64,000 nt of DNA, from assembly GCA_964620675.1 (NCBI GenBank), contig CAZUJU010000008.1, positions 16,434-80,433 of the forward strand, written 5' to 3'. A program made the translations under genes and the position numbers. Every line of letters starts with the position of its first letter. The stretch's first letter is position 1. Below, in pieces: positions 1-8,567 of the stretch. The notes beneath the pieces are model-generated. The model was not told where the DNA came from and made no database searches. It saw nothing but the letters and a program-made list of their open reading frames with translations. The DNA comes from an uncultured Thiotrichales bacterium (lineage in GTDB: Bacteria; Pseudomonadota; Gammaproteobacteria; UWMA-0217).

Positions 1-512
1 ATGTGCAGTGTCGATCCGAGCAGGCTGTTGGCCGCGACCCACGGATCCATCGGCCGCAGCTCGCCGTTCTGTAACCCTTCCTTGACCATTTCGCGAATCT
101 TGATGAAGGGCGTTGAACTACAAATGGGCGGACGGCCGGGCAGAAACTCGGTGTGCTTGGCGTGAAACACCCAACCGACCCGTTCCGGATCGCGCTCGGT
201 GGCCTCGAACAACGCGGTGATCAAGGCCCGAAAACGATCGTGCGTGCTGGTATGTTCGGCGAACAGGCGGTCGACCAACGCCTCATTCGCCTCTAACAGC
301 TCGTCGTAAAGCGCGGCCGCGATTCCTTCCTTGCCGCCGAAGTGGTTGTAGATCGAACCGATACTCACGCCGGCCTCGCGTTGCACATCGTGCACGGAGG
401 TATTGAAGTAACCGCGGACTGTGAACAGGTGCAAGGCGGTTTCCAAAATGCGCTGGCGCACGCGGGTCGGTGTGGCGGCGGCGGCGGCGGCGGTTTCAAG
501 CGATGGGGTCAT
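1..512 (-). CDS. TetR/AcrR-family transcriptional regulator (C-terminus runs off the window edge)
   Basis: Reverse translation from ATG (complement of 510-512) reads MTPSLETAAAAAATPTRVRQRILETALHLFTVRGYFNTSVHDVQREAGVSIGSIYNHFGGKEGIAAALYDEL..., a typical TetR N-terminal HTH. The frame stays open to position 1. It is absent from the ORF track because no stop lies inside the window. It is divergent from the SBP56 gene. Confidence 0.85.
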   Translation of the reverse strand, partial: MTPSLETAAAAAATPTRVRQRILETALHLFTVRGYFNTSVHDVQREAGVSIGSIYNHFGGKEGIAAALYDELLEANEALVDRLFAEHTSTHDRFRALITALFEATERDPERVGWVFHAKHTEFLPGRPPICSSTPFIKIREMVKEGLQNGELRPMDPWVAANSLLGSTLH

Positions 513-531
513 CCGTGTGTGCTCAAGTTGA

Positions 532-545
532 AATGAATGTTCATT
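532..545. promoter_or_regulatory. Candidate TetR operator (inverted repeat AATGAA-TG-TTCATT)
   Basis: Two 6-bp perfect inverted arms with a 2-bp spacer sit in the 148-bp divergent intergenic region between the TetR ATG (512) and the SBP56 ATG (661). The patch is AT-rich in a GC-rich background. Confidence 0.35.
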
Positions 546-660
546 GCGTCTATAGAAGATTGACGAGCGGGTGTCCAGTCAGGGTACTGACAAAGCGGTC
601 TCAGCCCCACCCCGCGACCCAAACGATACCGATATTTCGACTACCACGAGGATGGAACGT

Positions 661-2052
661 ATGCATACCACGTTAACTCGCCATCTGCGCACGGCCGGCG
701 TGAGCGTCGCCGCCGGTGTTCTCGCCGCGACGCTTGCATTGCCCTCCGTCTGGGCTGATGAAACCTGCGTCTCCCCGTATTCCCCCAAGATCCTCGGGCA
801 GGAGGATTTCGTTTATGTCTGGACCCTGGGCGCGCAGGGCGTGGGTGACGAGCAGGACAAGCTTGTTACGGTCGACGTCAATCCTAAGTCGCCGAAGTAC
901 GGCAAAGTGGTGGATTCGGTTTCGGTCGGTGGACGCAACGAAGCGCACCACTCCGGCTACACCGATGACCGGCGCTTCCTCTGGGCGGGCGCGCTCGACA
1001 CCAACAAGATCTTTATCTTCGACGTTCACACCGATCCGGCCAAGCCGAAACTGGTCAAGGTGATCGACGATTTCGTCAAGGCGAGCGGCGGCGCGGTCGG
1101 TCCGCACAGCTTTTTCGCGCTGCCGGGGCGGATGATGATCAGCGCACTATCCAACAACAAGGACCACGGCGGGCGCACCGCGCTGGTCGAGTACACCAAC
1201 GACGGCGCATTCATCGCAAGCTACTGGATGCCAACCGACGATAATCTGCAAGGCGCGGAAAAGACGGGCAAATTCGCGGACGGTTATGGCTACGACGTGC
1301 GTTTCCTCCCGGCCAAGAACGTCATGGTCACCACCTCCTTCACCGGCTGGTCCAATTACATGATGGACTTTGGCAAGATGCTGGGCGACGAGGCGGCGAT
1401 GAAGCGCTTCGGCAACACCGCGATCGTATGGGATCTGCACCAACGCAAACCGCTCAAGGTCTTCGACGTACCCGGCGCGCCGCTGGAGATTCGCTGCGCC
1501 TGGGGCAACAACTATTGCTTCACCACCACCGCGCTGACCTCGAAAATCTGGCTGATCTACGAGGATCGCACCCAGGGTTGGCAGGCCAAGGAGGTTGGCA
1601 CTATCGGTGATCCGGCGCAGGTTCCGCTGCCGGTGGCGTTTTCCATCAGCGCGGACGACAAGACCCTGTGGGTCAACACCTTCATGGACGGATCGACGCG
1701 CCGTTACGACGTTTCCGACCCGTTCAACGCCAAGCTGGTCGGCACATACAAGATTGGCTCGCAGGTCAATATGGTCTCGCAGAGCTGGGACGGTAATCGG
1801 CTGTATTTCACCTCGTCGCTGCTCGGCAACTGGGACAAAAAGGGTCAGGACGACGAGCAGTTTCTGCGCATGTTCCATTGGGACGGCAAGGAACTCAACA
1901 AAGGGTTCGAGATCGATTTCTATGCCGAGAAACTCGGGCGCGCGCACCTGATGACGTTCAACTCGCGCTCGCTGTTTGAGACCAATCTCTCGCAGCGTGC
2001 CGAATCTGGTCTGCCGCAAGCGACCGTGGCAGCGGTCGCGAAGCCGGACTGA
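661..2052 (+). CDS. mtoX: Selenium-binding-protein (SBP56) family protein, MtoX-like methanethiol oxidase, secreted
   Basis: The translation has the SBP56-type body (…GRNEAHHSGYTDDRRFLWAGALDTNKIFIFDV…GPHSFFALPGRMMISALS…YGYDVRF…FTSSLLGNWDKKG…). ATG 661 is preferred over the track start 571 because GAGG (648-651) lies 9 nt upstream. The N-terminus MHTTLTRHLRTAGVSVAAGVLAATLALPSVWA/DE looks like a signal peptide. The genomic context is SCO1 + MauG genes. Confidence 0.85.
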   Translation: MHTTLTRHLRTAGVSVAAGVLAATLALPSVWADETCVSPYSPKILGQEDFVYVWTLGAQGVGDEQDKLVTVDVNPKSPKYGKVVDSVSVGGRNEAHHSGYTDDRRFLWAGALDTNKIFIFDVHTDPAKPKLVKVIDDFVKASGGAVGPHSFFALPGRMMISALSNNKDHGGRTALVEYTNDGAFIASYWMPTDDNLQGAEKTGKFADGYGYDVRFLPAKNVMVTTSFTGWSNYMMDFGKMLGDEAAMKRFGNTAIVWDLHQRKPLKVFDVPGAPLEIRCAWGNNYCFTTTALTSKIWLIYEDRTQGWQAKEVGTIGDPAQVPLPVAFSISADDKTLWVNTFMDGSTRRYDVSDPFNAKLVGTYKIGSQVNMVSQSWDGNRLYFTSSLLGNWDKKGQDDEQFLRMFHWDGKELNKGFEIDFYAEKLGRAHLMTFNSRSLFETNLSQRAESGLPQATVAAVAKPD

Positions 2053-2179
2053 GGCGTATGCGAAGTGGGCTGGTTCGGCGCGCACCCACGCGGGCTGATC
2101 CGGCCCACGACCGAGTTCACACCGCTAAGGCTCTGAACCCGTGCGCTCGTCGCGACTATCACAGCTGTGCAATCCACCG

Positions 2180-4024
2180 ATGAAGCTTGTCCGCCTCCTG
2201 ATTTGCTGGGTTTTGACGATAAGTTTGCCGGTCGGGGCCGACCTCGGCGCGAGTGCGGCCGCGTTGGTAGGTTCGCCGATTCTCGCTCCGGGTTACGGCC
2301 AGCTTGACTTCGCTCCGCCGCCGCCCGGCAGTTATCGCTTGCCGCCCATCGCGCCGGCCGCCGATGGTATCGTTCGCGGTGCGGATGGCGCGCCGGTGCG
2401 TCTGCATGCACTGTACGCGGGCAAATACGTCATTCTCAGCTTCATCTACAGCAGCTGCGACGATCTCAACGGGTGCCCGCTGTCGACCTTTGTGCTGTAC
2501 CGGTTGTACCAGGCGATGCAGCAGGATCCCGAGTTGGCGCAACAGCTGCGTCTGCTCAGCCTGAGTTTCGATCCGCGTAACGATACCCCCGCGGCGATGC
2601 GGCTCTACGGCGCCAATTTTCCCGAGGCCGCCGGGCAGTGGCAGTTTCTGACCACGGCCTCCGAGGATGAACTCGCACCCATCTTGCGCGACTACGACCA
2701 GGGCATCAGTCGGGTTTACGACGCACAAGGCCGGTACACCGGACAAATCTCGCACGTCTTGCGGGTATTCCTGATCGATCCGCAGCAACAGATCCGCAAT
2801 ATCTATAGCGTGTCGTTCCTGCATCCCGACCTGGTGCTGGCCGACGTGCGAACCTTGCTCCGCGAGGCGGCTGGCAGCGGTGGCGATACACCAATCGCCA
2901 CCGCGCCCGAGGTGCGCACGCGCGAGCTGTTGACCCAGGCGGCTCACCCACCGCTCGGGTTGCCGCCAATGCCAGCGGCGGTGGTGCAATCGCTCTCCGC
3001 CGCCAAGGTCGATCTTGGGCGCAAGCTGTTTTTCGACCGGCGACTGTCGGCCAACGGCACGCTCTCCTGCGCGCTCTGCCACCGCCCGCAGCAGGGTTTT
3101 ACCCATCACGCGATGGCCCGCGCGGTCGGCGTGGAGGGCCGTTCGCTGCGGCGCAACGCCGCCAGTCTCTACAACCTTGCCTGGAGCGATCCGCTTTTCG
3201 TCGACGGCCGCGAGCACACGCTCGAAACGCTGGTCTGGATGGAGTTGCTGGATCTTGACCGTCTCGGCAATCGCTCGGTTGCCGTGGTCCTGGACCGCCT
3301 GCGTGCGGCGCCGGATTATCAGGGGCGCTTCGAGGCCGCCTTTCCCGGTCGTGCGGCGGACATGGTCACAGTTGCTGCGGCCCTGGCGGCGTATTTGCGC
3401 ACCCTGGTCTCGGCCAATTCGGCGTTCGATCGCGGGTACTTCGGCGGCGAAGCCGGGGCGTTGACCCCAGCGGCCGAGCGCGGGTTCGAGCTGTTCCGTG
3501 GCAAGGCCGGTTGTGCCGGCTGCCACATCCTGGCCGAACGTTACGCACTGTTCACCGACCAACAAATGCACGACACCGGCATCGGTTGGCAGCACTCGAT
3601 GCGTCGCGAGCCCGCCCGCCGGGTGCTGGAACCGGCGCCCGGGGTGCGCATCGAAGTCGACCTGGCGGCGCTGACTGGCACCGCCGAGCGCCCCTACAAC
3701 GACCTCGGTCGCTATGAGGTGACGCAGGATCCGGCCGATCGCTGGCGGTTTCGCACCCCCAGTTTACGCAACGTCGCCAATACCGCCCCGTACATGCACG
3801 ACGGCAGTTTGCCGACGCTGGCGGCGGTCGTTGAATACTACGACCGCGGCGGCCACGCCCACCCGGGGCTCGATCCGCGCCTGCGGCCGCTTGGACTCAC
3901 TGAACCGGAACGGGCGGACCTCGTGGTGTTTCTGGAGGCCTTGACCGGCGACAATCTCGCGCTGTTTGATGCCGATGCCGCGGCGGCGCTCGGCGAACCG
4001 GTCGCGGCGGAGTGGCGACCATGA
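2180..4024 (+). CDS. SCO1/SenC-domain fused to di-haem cytochrome c peroxidase/MauG-like domain
   Basis: The N-terminal half is thioredoxin-like SCO1 type (YVILSFIYSSCDDLNGCPLS … ISHVLRVFLID). The C-terminal half carries two CxxCH haem motifs (CALCH, CAGCH) and the CCP/MauG tail (FRTPSLRNVANTAPYMHDGSLPTL). The start is set at the internal ATG (MKLVRLLICWVL… signal-like). The stop overlaps the next start (ATGA at 4021-4024). Confidence 0.8.
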   Translation: MKLVRLLICWVLTISLPVGADLGASAAALVGSPILAPGYGQLDFAPPPPGSYRLPPIAPAADGIVRGADGAPVRLHALYAGKYVILSFIYSSCDDLNGCPLSTFVLYRLYQAMQQDPELAQQLRLLSLSFDPRNDTPAAMRLYGANFPEAAGQWQFLTTASEDELAPILRDYDQGISRVYDAQGRYTGQISHVLRVFLIDPQQQIRNIYSVSFLHPDLVLADVRTLLREAAGSGGDTPIATAPEVRTRELLTQAAHPPLGLPPMPAAVVQSLSAAKVDLGRKLFFDRRLSANGTLSCALCHRPQQGFTHHAMARAVGVEGRSLRRNAASLYNLAWSDPLFVDGREHTLETLVWMELLDLDRLGNRSVAVVLDRLRAAPDYQGRFEAAFPGRAADMVTVAAALAAYLRTLVSANSAFDRGYFGGEAGALTPAAERGFELFRGKAGCAGCHILAERYALFTDQQMHDTGIGWQHSMRREPARRVLEPAPGVRIEVDLAALTGTAERPYNDLGRYEVTQDPADRWRFRTPSLRNVANTAPYMHDGSLPTLAAVVEYYDRGGHAHPGLDPRLRPLGLTEPERADLVVFLEALTGDNLALFDADAAAALGEPVAAEWRP

Positions 4025-5289
4025 GGGCGGCTTATCCTCGCGCACGGGTTGCGGGGCAGATTGCGCTCGCCATCGCGGCGGCATTGACGGCGCTCGGGTG
4101 GGCCGCGGTCAGCGGTCCCGGAGATTTTCGCGACGGTTACGAACACGCCGATTTCAGCACCCGTTCGATCGCATTGGCCGCGCGCCAGGGCGAGCCGGCC
4201 GACCTGCTCGCGTTGGCCGAGGCCCCCGTGCTCGGCCTGCCGCCGCTTGAGGTGCCCGCGGCCAATCCGCTCACGCGGGAGAAGATCGCGCTCGGGCGAA
4301 AGTTATTCTTCGATCGGCGTCTGTCGTTGAACGGGACACAATCCTGCGCCATGTGCCACGTACCGGAACAGGGGTTTGCCCACAACGAAATCGCCACCGC
4401 GGTCGGGATCGAGGGCCGCGACGTCGGGCGTAATGCGCCAACCTTGTTCAACGTCGCTTACAAGCGGCGCTTGTTTCACGACGCCCGGGAAACCTCGCTG
4501 GAACACCAGGCCTGGCAGCCACTGATCAATCCGCTGGAGATGGCGAATCCCTCGATCGGCTGGGTACTGGCGCGTCTGGGTGAGTGGCCCGACTACCGCG
4601 GCTTGTTCGAAGCGGCCTTTACCGGATCGGGGGCGACCCTCGAAACAGTCGGGCAGGCGCTGGCGAGTTACCAGCGTACCCTGCGTGCCGGGAACTCGCC
4701 GTTTGATCGCTGGTACTACGGCGGCGACGCCGAGGCGGTGGACGAGGCCGTGAAACGCGGATTCCGATTGTTTACCGGCAAGGCCGGCTGCGCGGCGTGT
4801 CACACCGTCGGCGTACACGACGCACTGTTCAGCGACCAGGGCCTACACCACACCGGTATCGGCTACGCGGCGGCAGGGCTGGCGCCGGACACACCACGGC
4901 GGGTACTGCTGGCGCCCGGCGTTTTCGCCGAACTCGCACCGGCGATCGTGGCGTCGGTCTCCGGCGCCGGAGGTGGCAACGACCTCGGGCGTTACGAGAT
5001 CACCCGCGATCCCGCTGATCGGTGGAAGTTTCTCACCCCAATGCTGCGTAATGTCGCGCTGACCGCCCCCTACATGCACGATGGGTCGTTGCCTGATCTG
5101 CCCGCGGTGGTGGCCTTCTACGATCGTGGCGGCGAGCCCAACCCATTGCTTTCACCGTTGATTCGCCCGCTCGGATTGACCTCCGGCGAACGCGATGACC
5201 TGGTGCGTCTGCTCGATAGTCTGACCAGTGACGCGGTGGAAACCCTGGTACGCGACGCCTTCGCCGCGCCGATCGGAGACCTCGAATGA
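4021..5289 (+). CDS. Di-haem cytochrome c peroxidase / MauG-like protein
   Basis: There are two CxxCH motifs (CAMCH, CAACH) and the tail FLTPMLRNVALTAPYMHDGSLPDL. It is a clear paralogue of the C-terminal half of the preceding gene. ATGA start/stop overlaps occur at both ends (4021-4024, 5286-5289). Confidence 0.8.
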   Translation: MRAAYPRARVAGQIALAIAAALTALGWAAVSGPGDFRDGYEHADFSTRSIALAARQGEPADLLALAEAPVLGLPPLEVPAANPLTREKIALGRKLFFDRRLSLNGTQSCAMCHVPEQGFAHNEIATAVGIEGRDVGRNAPTLFNVAYKRRLFHDARETSLEHQAWQPLINPLEMANPSIGWVLARLGEWPDYRGLFEAAFTGSGATLETVGQALASYQRTLRAGNSPFDRWYYGGDAEAVDEAVKRGFRLFTGKAGCAACHTVGVHDALFSDQGLHHTGIGYAAAGLAPDTPRRVLLAPGVFAELAPAIVASVSGAGGGNDLGRYEITRDPADRWKFLTPMLRNVALTAPYMHDGSLPDLPAVVAFYDRGGEPNPLLSPLIRPLGLTSGERDDLVRLLDSLTSDAVETLVRDAFAAPIGDLE

Positions 5290-5861
5290 GGGCATTCCTT
5301 GCGCTGTGCCTCGCGCTAGGCATAAGCGTCGTCGTCGGCTCCGAGGCGCCGCGGGCGGCAATCACGCTCGCCGACCTCGGATTGCGTGATCACCACGACC
5401 AACCGTGGCCCGCAGCTGCGTCGCCCGGCAAGGTTACGCTGGTGAGTTTCGGCTACACCTCTTGCCCCGATGTCTGTCCGCTCACGCTCCAGGTCATCGC
5501 GGCGGCGCTGCGTGCGCTGGGCGATCAGGCCGCAGAGGTTCTTCCGCTGTTCATCAGCGTCGATCCGGCACGTGACCAGCCGCAGCGGCTCAAGGATTAC
5601 GTCGGTTACTTTGATCCCCGCATCATCGGTCTGAGCGGCGATGCGGGCGCGATTGTGGCCGTCACCGCGCGCTTTGGGGCTGTGTATGCCCTCGGCGCGT
5701 CCAAGGCCGATGGGCCGTATACCGTCGACCATTCGGTCGACCTGTTCGTCCTCGATGCGACCGGAACGCTGGTCGCGCGCGTGCCGTTCGGACTCCCTGC
5801 GGAGCATATCGCGCAGCTGGTTCGGCCATTGCTGAAGCCGGATCGCACCCTCGCACGCTAA
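5286..5861 (+). CDS. SCO1/SenC family copper chaperone
   Basis: Canonical FGYTSCPDVCP (CxxxC) motif plus the downstream conserved His (YTVDHSVDLFVLD). The N-terminus is signal-like. Confidence 0.85.
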   Translation: MRAFLALCLALGISVVVGSEAPRAAITLADLGLRDHHDQPWPAAASPGKVTLVSFGYTSCPDVCPLTLQVIAAALRALGDQAAEVLPLFISVDPARDQPQRLKDYVGYFDPRIIGLSGDAGAIVAVTARFGAVYALGASKADGPYTVDHSVDLFVLDATGTLVARVPFGLPAEHIAQLVRPLLKPDRTLAR

Positions 5862-6428
5862 CGTGGAATCGTGCTCGATGTGGTTTTGCCGCGCGTCCGT
5901 CCGGCACCGCCGCCAGCCACTCAATTCACGGCCATACGACCTCGCCGCGGCGACGCGAAACAACCACTGACCCGGACAATTGCGGGCCGCGTGATGTTCG
6001 ACGCGAATCGGTCGCTACCGCCTAAATTTGTTTTTCTTTGTGTCGATAACGGGAGAGAGGCGGGCGTCGAGTGCACCGCGTCGCAGATCCGCTTGGCGGA
6101 GGTACCCACCGGATTGCGGATCGTAACCCGCGCCGTGCGCGTTTGACGCCGTCGGGTGCGGCCAGATCACCCGGTGCGTGGCCATCGCGTCCGCGCCGCA
6201 CGCGCTCGGAGGCGTCGCGTTGCCTACCGTTTGCGCTTGCGTAGCGGTGGCGCCGATGCAGGCGCAGCGAGGCGACTTGCGGAGTTGCGTTGCGGCAGGC
6301 GGACAAGGGCATCGCGTCGTGTGGTGGCGAAATCCGGGCTTGGTTACGGCGCAGCGTCCGCAAGGCAGCGGCATTCCGACAGACCGCGACGGCGTCGCGG
6401 GCGGCTTTGAACAAGGAGAACAAGAAGA

Positions 6429-8567
6429 ATGCAGATGAATTCGGAGACCGCCGGTGACTTGATTCTGGTCGTCGAACACGAGCGGACGACGCGCATGGTG
6501 ACTCGATCCATGCTGGAGCGGCAGGGCTACCGCGTCATCGAGGCCGGCAACGGAGCGGATGCGGTCAGCCAGTTTCGGTTCCACGAGCCGGCGTTGGTAT
6601 TGCTGGATGTCGAAATGCCGATTTTGAACGGATTCGAGGCCTGTCGGCGAATCCGGGAAATGGTCACCGGCGGCGACGTTCCGATTGTGATGATGACCGG
6701 CCTCAGCGATACCGCCAAGGTCGACGAAGCCTTTAGAGTCGGGGCGACGGACTTTATCCCCAAGCCGGTGAACTGGAGCATCCTCGGCCACCGCTTGCGT
6801 TACATCCTGCGCAATCACCGCATTCTGCGTGATCTCAAATTCAGTGAGGCGCGGTTGTCGAACGCGCAGCGCATTGCGCGCTTGGGGTATTGGGAATGGA
6901 ATCTCGTCTCCCGTGAACTGCAATGGTCGCCAACGATGTACGTGATGTTTGAGGTGTCACCCGAGTCGTTTCAGGTCAGTTGCGATGCGTTTATCGAACT
7001 GATTCATCCCGCCGACCGTGAGATCTTCCGCGAAAAACTCGAGCGCGCCCAGGCGGGGCAAGCGATCTCAAATTTCGAACATCGCATGTTGCTGCCGCGA
7101 GGCGGCGAGCTGAACGTGGTCGAGCATATCGAGCTCACTCGAGACGTCGGCGGACACTCGCTCAGCCTCACCGCGACTTTGCAGGACATCAGCGAACGCA
7201 AGCGTACCGAGGAGCAAGTTCAGTTCCTTGCCTACCACGATCAACTCACCAGCCTACCGAACCGTGAGTTGTTCAAGGATCGGGTGACCCAGGCGATCAG
7301 TCGCGCGCGCCGCGAGGGACTCAAGCTCGCACTGCTGTTCGTCGATCTGGATCGCTTCAAGAACGTCAACGATACGCTTGGACACAAGCTCGGCGATACC
7401 CTGCTGGAGCTGGTGGCCGAACGCTTGCGGGCGTTGGTGCGCGAAACCGATCTGGTCGCCCAGGGGCAACCCGGTGAAGAAGGACAGTTGGCCCGCCTGG
7501 GTGGCGATGAGTTTACGGTACTGCTGCCGGTGGTGCGCTCGCGCGAGGATGCCGCGCGGGTTGGCGATCGCATTGTGGAGGTCCTGAGCCGGCCGTATGA
7601 CCTGGATTCGCGCGAAATCGTGGTGACCGCGAGTGTCGGCATCGCCTGCTACCCGGAGGACGGGAGTGATGTCGATGCCTTGATCAAGAACGCCGATGCC
7701 GCGATGTACGACGTCAAGGACTCCGGGCGCAACGGCTTTCGCTACTACCTGCCGGAGATGACTCAGCGCACCGAAACCCGCCTGAAGTTGGAAAACGATC
7801 TGCGCAAGGCGCTCAGGAATCATGAGTTCGAGCTGCACTACCAGCCTCAGATCGATCTCAGCGATCAACGCATGGTCGGGGTCGAGGCGCTGGTCCGTTG
7901 GCGCCACCCCGAGCGTGGTCTGATATCGCCTGGGGAGTTCATTCCGGTCGCGGAGGACAGCGGGTTGATCATTCCGCTCGGGCAGTGGGTGCTGGAGGAG
8001 GCGTGCCGCCAGAATCGCACGTGGCAGCTGGAGGGCTTGCCGCCGGTGCGGATGTCGGTCAACGTCGCTGCGCAACAGTTTCAGCACGACGATTTTCTGG
8101 TCACGGTCCGCCGCGCGCTCGCCGATTCCGGACTCAGCGCGGATTCTCTGGAACTTGAGGTCACCGAGAACGCACTGATCAATACCGATCATGACGTCAT
8201 GTTCAAGCTCAAACAAATCCGCAATCTGGGCATTTCGCTCGCGGTGGACGATTTCGGGACGGGATTCTCGTCGCTGAGTTTCATCAAGCAGTTTCCGCTG
8301 ACAACGCTCAAGGTGGATCGTTCGTTCGTGACCGATATCGGGCAAAAAAAGGACGAAGCGATCGTCAAGATCATTATCCACCTTGCCCACGAGCTAAATC
8401 TGCTGGTCATCTCGGAGGGCGTGGAGACGCAACGGCAGCTTGATTTTCTGCGGCTTCAGGGGTCGAACATGGCGCAAGGATTTCTGTTCAGCCGGCCGTT
8501 GCTGCCGAATGAGTTGCGCAAGTTGCTGCTGCAACCGCAACCGCTGATAATCGGGGCGACTCGCTAG
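6429..8567 (+). CDS. Response-regulator receiver - PAS - GGDEF - EAL multidomain c-di-GMP protein
   Basis: REC domain (LVLLDVEMP, KPV). The PAS region ends at LQDISERKRTEE. The GGDEF site is intact (RLGGDEFTVLL). The EAL domain is intact (VEALVRWRHP, DDFGTGFSSLS, KVDRSF). AAGGAG lies upstream of the ATG. Confidence 0.9.
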   Translation: MQMNSETAGDLILVVEHERTTRMVTRSMLERQGYRVIEAGNGADAVSQFRFHEPALVLLDVEMPILNGFEACRRIREMVTGGDVPIVMMTGLSDTAKVDEAFRVGATDFIPKPVNWSILGHRLRYILRNHRILRDLKFSEARLSNAQRIARLGYWEWNLVSRELQWSPTMYVMFEVSPESFQVSCDAFIELIHPADREIFREKLERAQAGQAISNFEHRMLLPRGGELNVVEHIELTRDVGGHSLSLTATLQDISERKRTEEQVQFLAYHDQLTSLPNRELFKDRVTQAISRARREGLKLALLFVDLDRFKNVNDTLGHKLGDTLLELVAERLRALVRETDLVAQGQPGEEGQLARLGGDEFTVLLPVVRSREDAARVGDRIVEVLSRPYDLDSREIVVTASVGIACYPEDGSDVDALIKNADAAMYDVKDSGRNGFRYYLPEMTQRTETRLKLENDLRKALRNHEFELHYQPQIDLSDQRMVGVEALVRWRHPERGLISPGEFIPVAEDSGLIIPLGQWVLEEACRQNRTWQLEGLPPVRMSVNVAAQQFQHDDFLVTVRRALADSGLSADSLELEVTENALINTDHDVMFKLKQIRNLGISLAVDDFGTGFSSLSFIKQFPLTTLKVDRSFVTDIGQKKDEAIVKIIIHLAHELNLLVISEGVETQRQLDFLRLQGSNMAQGFLFSRPLLPNELRKLLLQPQPLIIGATR

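Noticed and set aside
476-493. (GGC)n trinucleotide run
   Set aside because: It lies inside the TetR coding region and simply encodes the Ala run (AAAAAA) of its N-terminal tail. It is not an independent repeat feature.
1147-2085. 312-aa ORF on the minus strand
   Set aside because: It is entirely antisense to the well-supported SBP56 gene. The composition is Arg/Ala/Gly-rich and typical of a GC-rich antisense frame, and no motif was recognised.
2159-3595. 478-aa ORF on the minus strand
   Set aside because: It is antisense to the SCO1-MauG fusion gene, whose haem and SCO1 motifs fix the true frame. The ORF is Arg-rich low-complexity.
6260-6428. Possible c-di-GMP (GEMM-type) riboswitch upstream of the GGDEF-EAL gene
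   Set aside because: Only loose resemblances were found (ACAAGGGCA…GGCGAAATCCGGGC). The conserved GEMM-I core and paired stems could not be traced by eye. An Infernal scan would be needed before any claim.
6015-6923. 302-aa minus-strand ORF spanning the 5862-6428 gap and the start of the GGDEF-EAL gene
   Set aside because: It overlaps the receiver domain of a clearly real gene in antisense. The sequence is Arg/Pro/Ala-rich, has no recognisable domain and lacks an SD.
7254-8390. 378-aa minus-strand ORF
   Set aside because: It is antisense to the GGDEF and EAL domains and is a GC-frame artefact.
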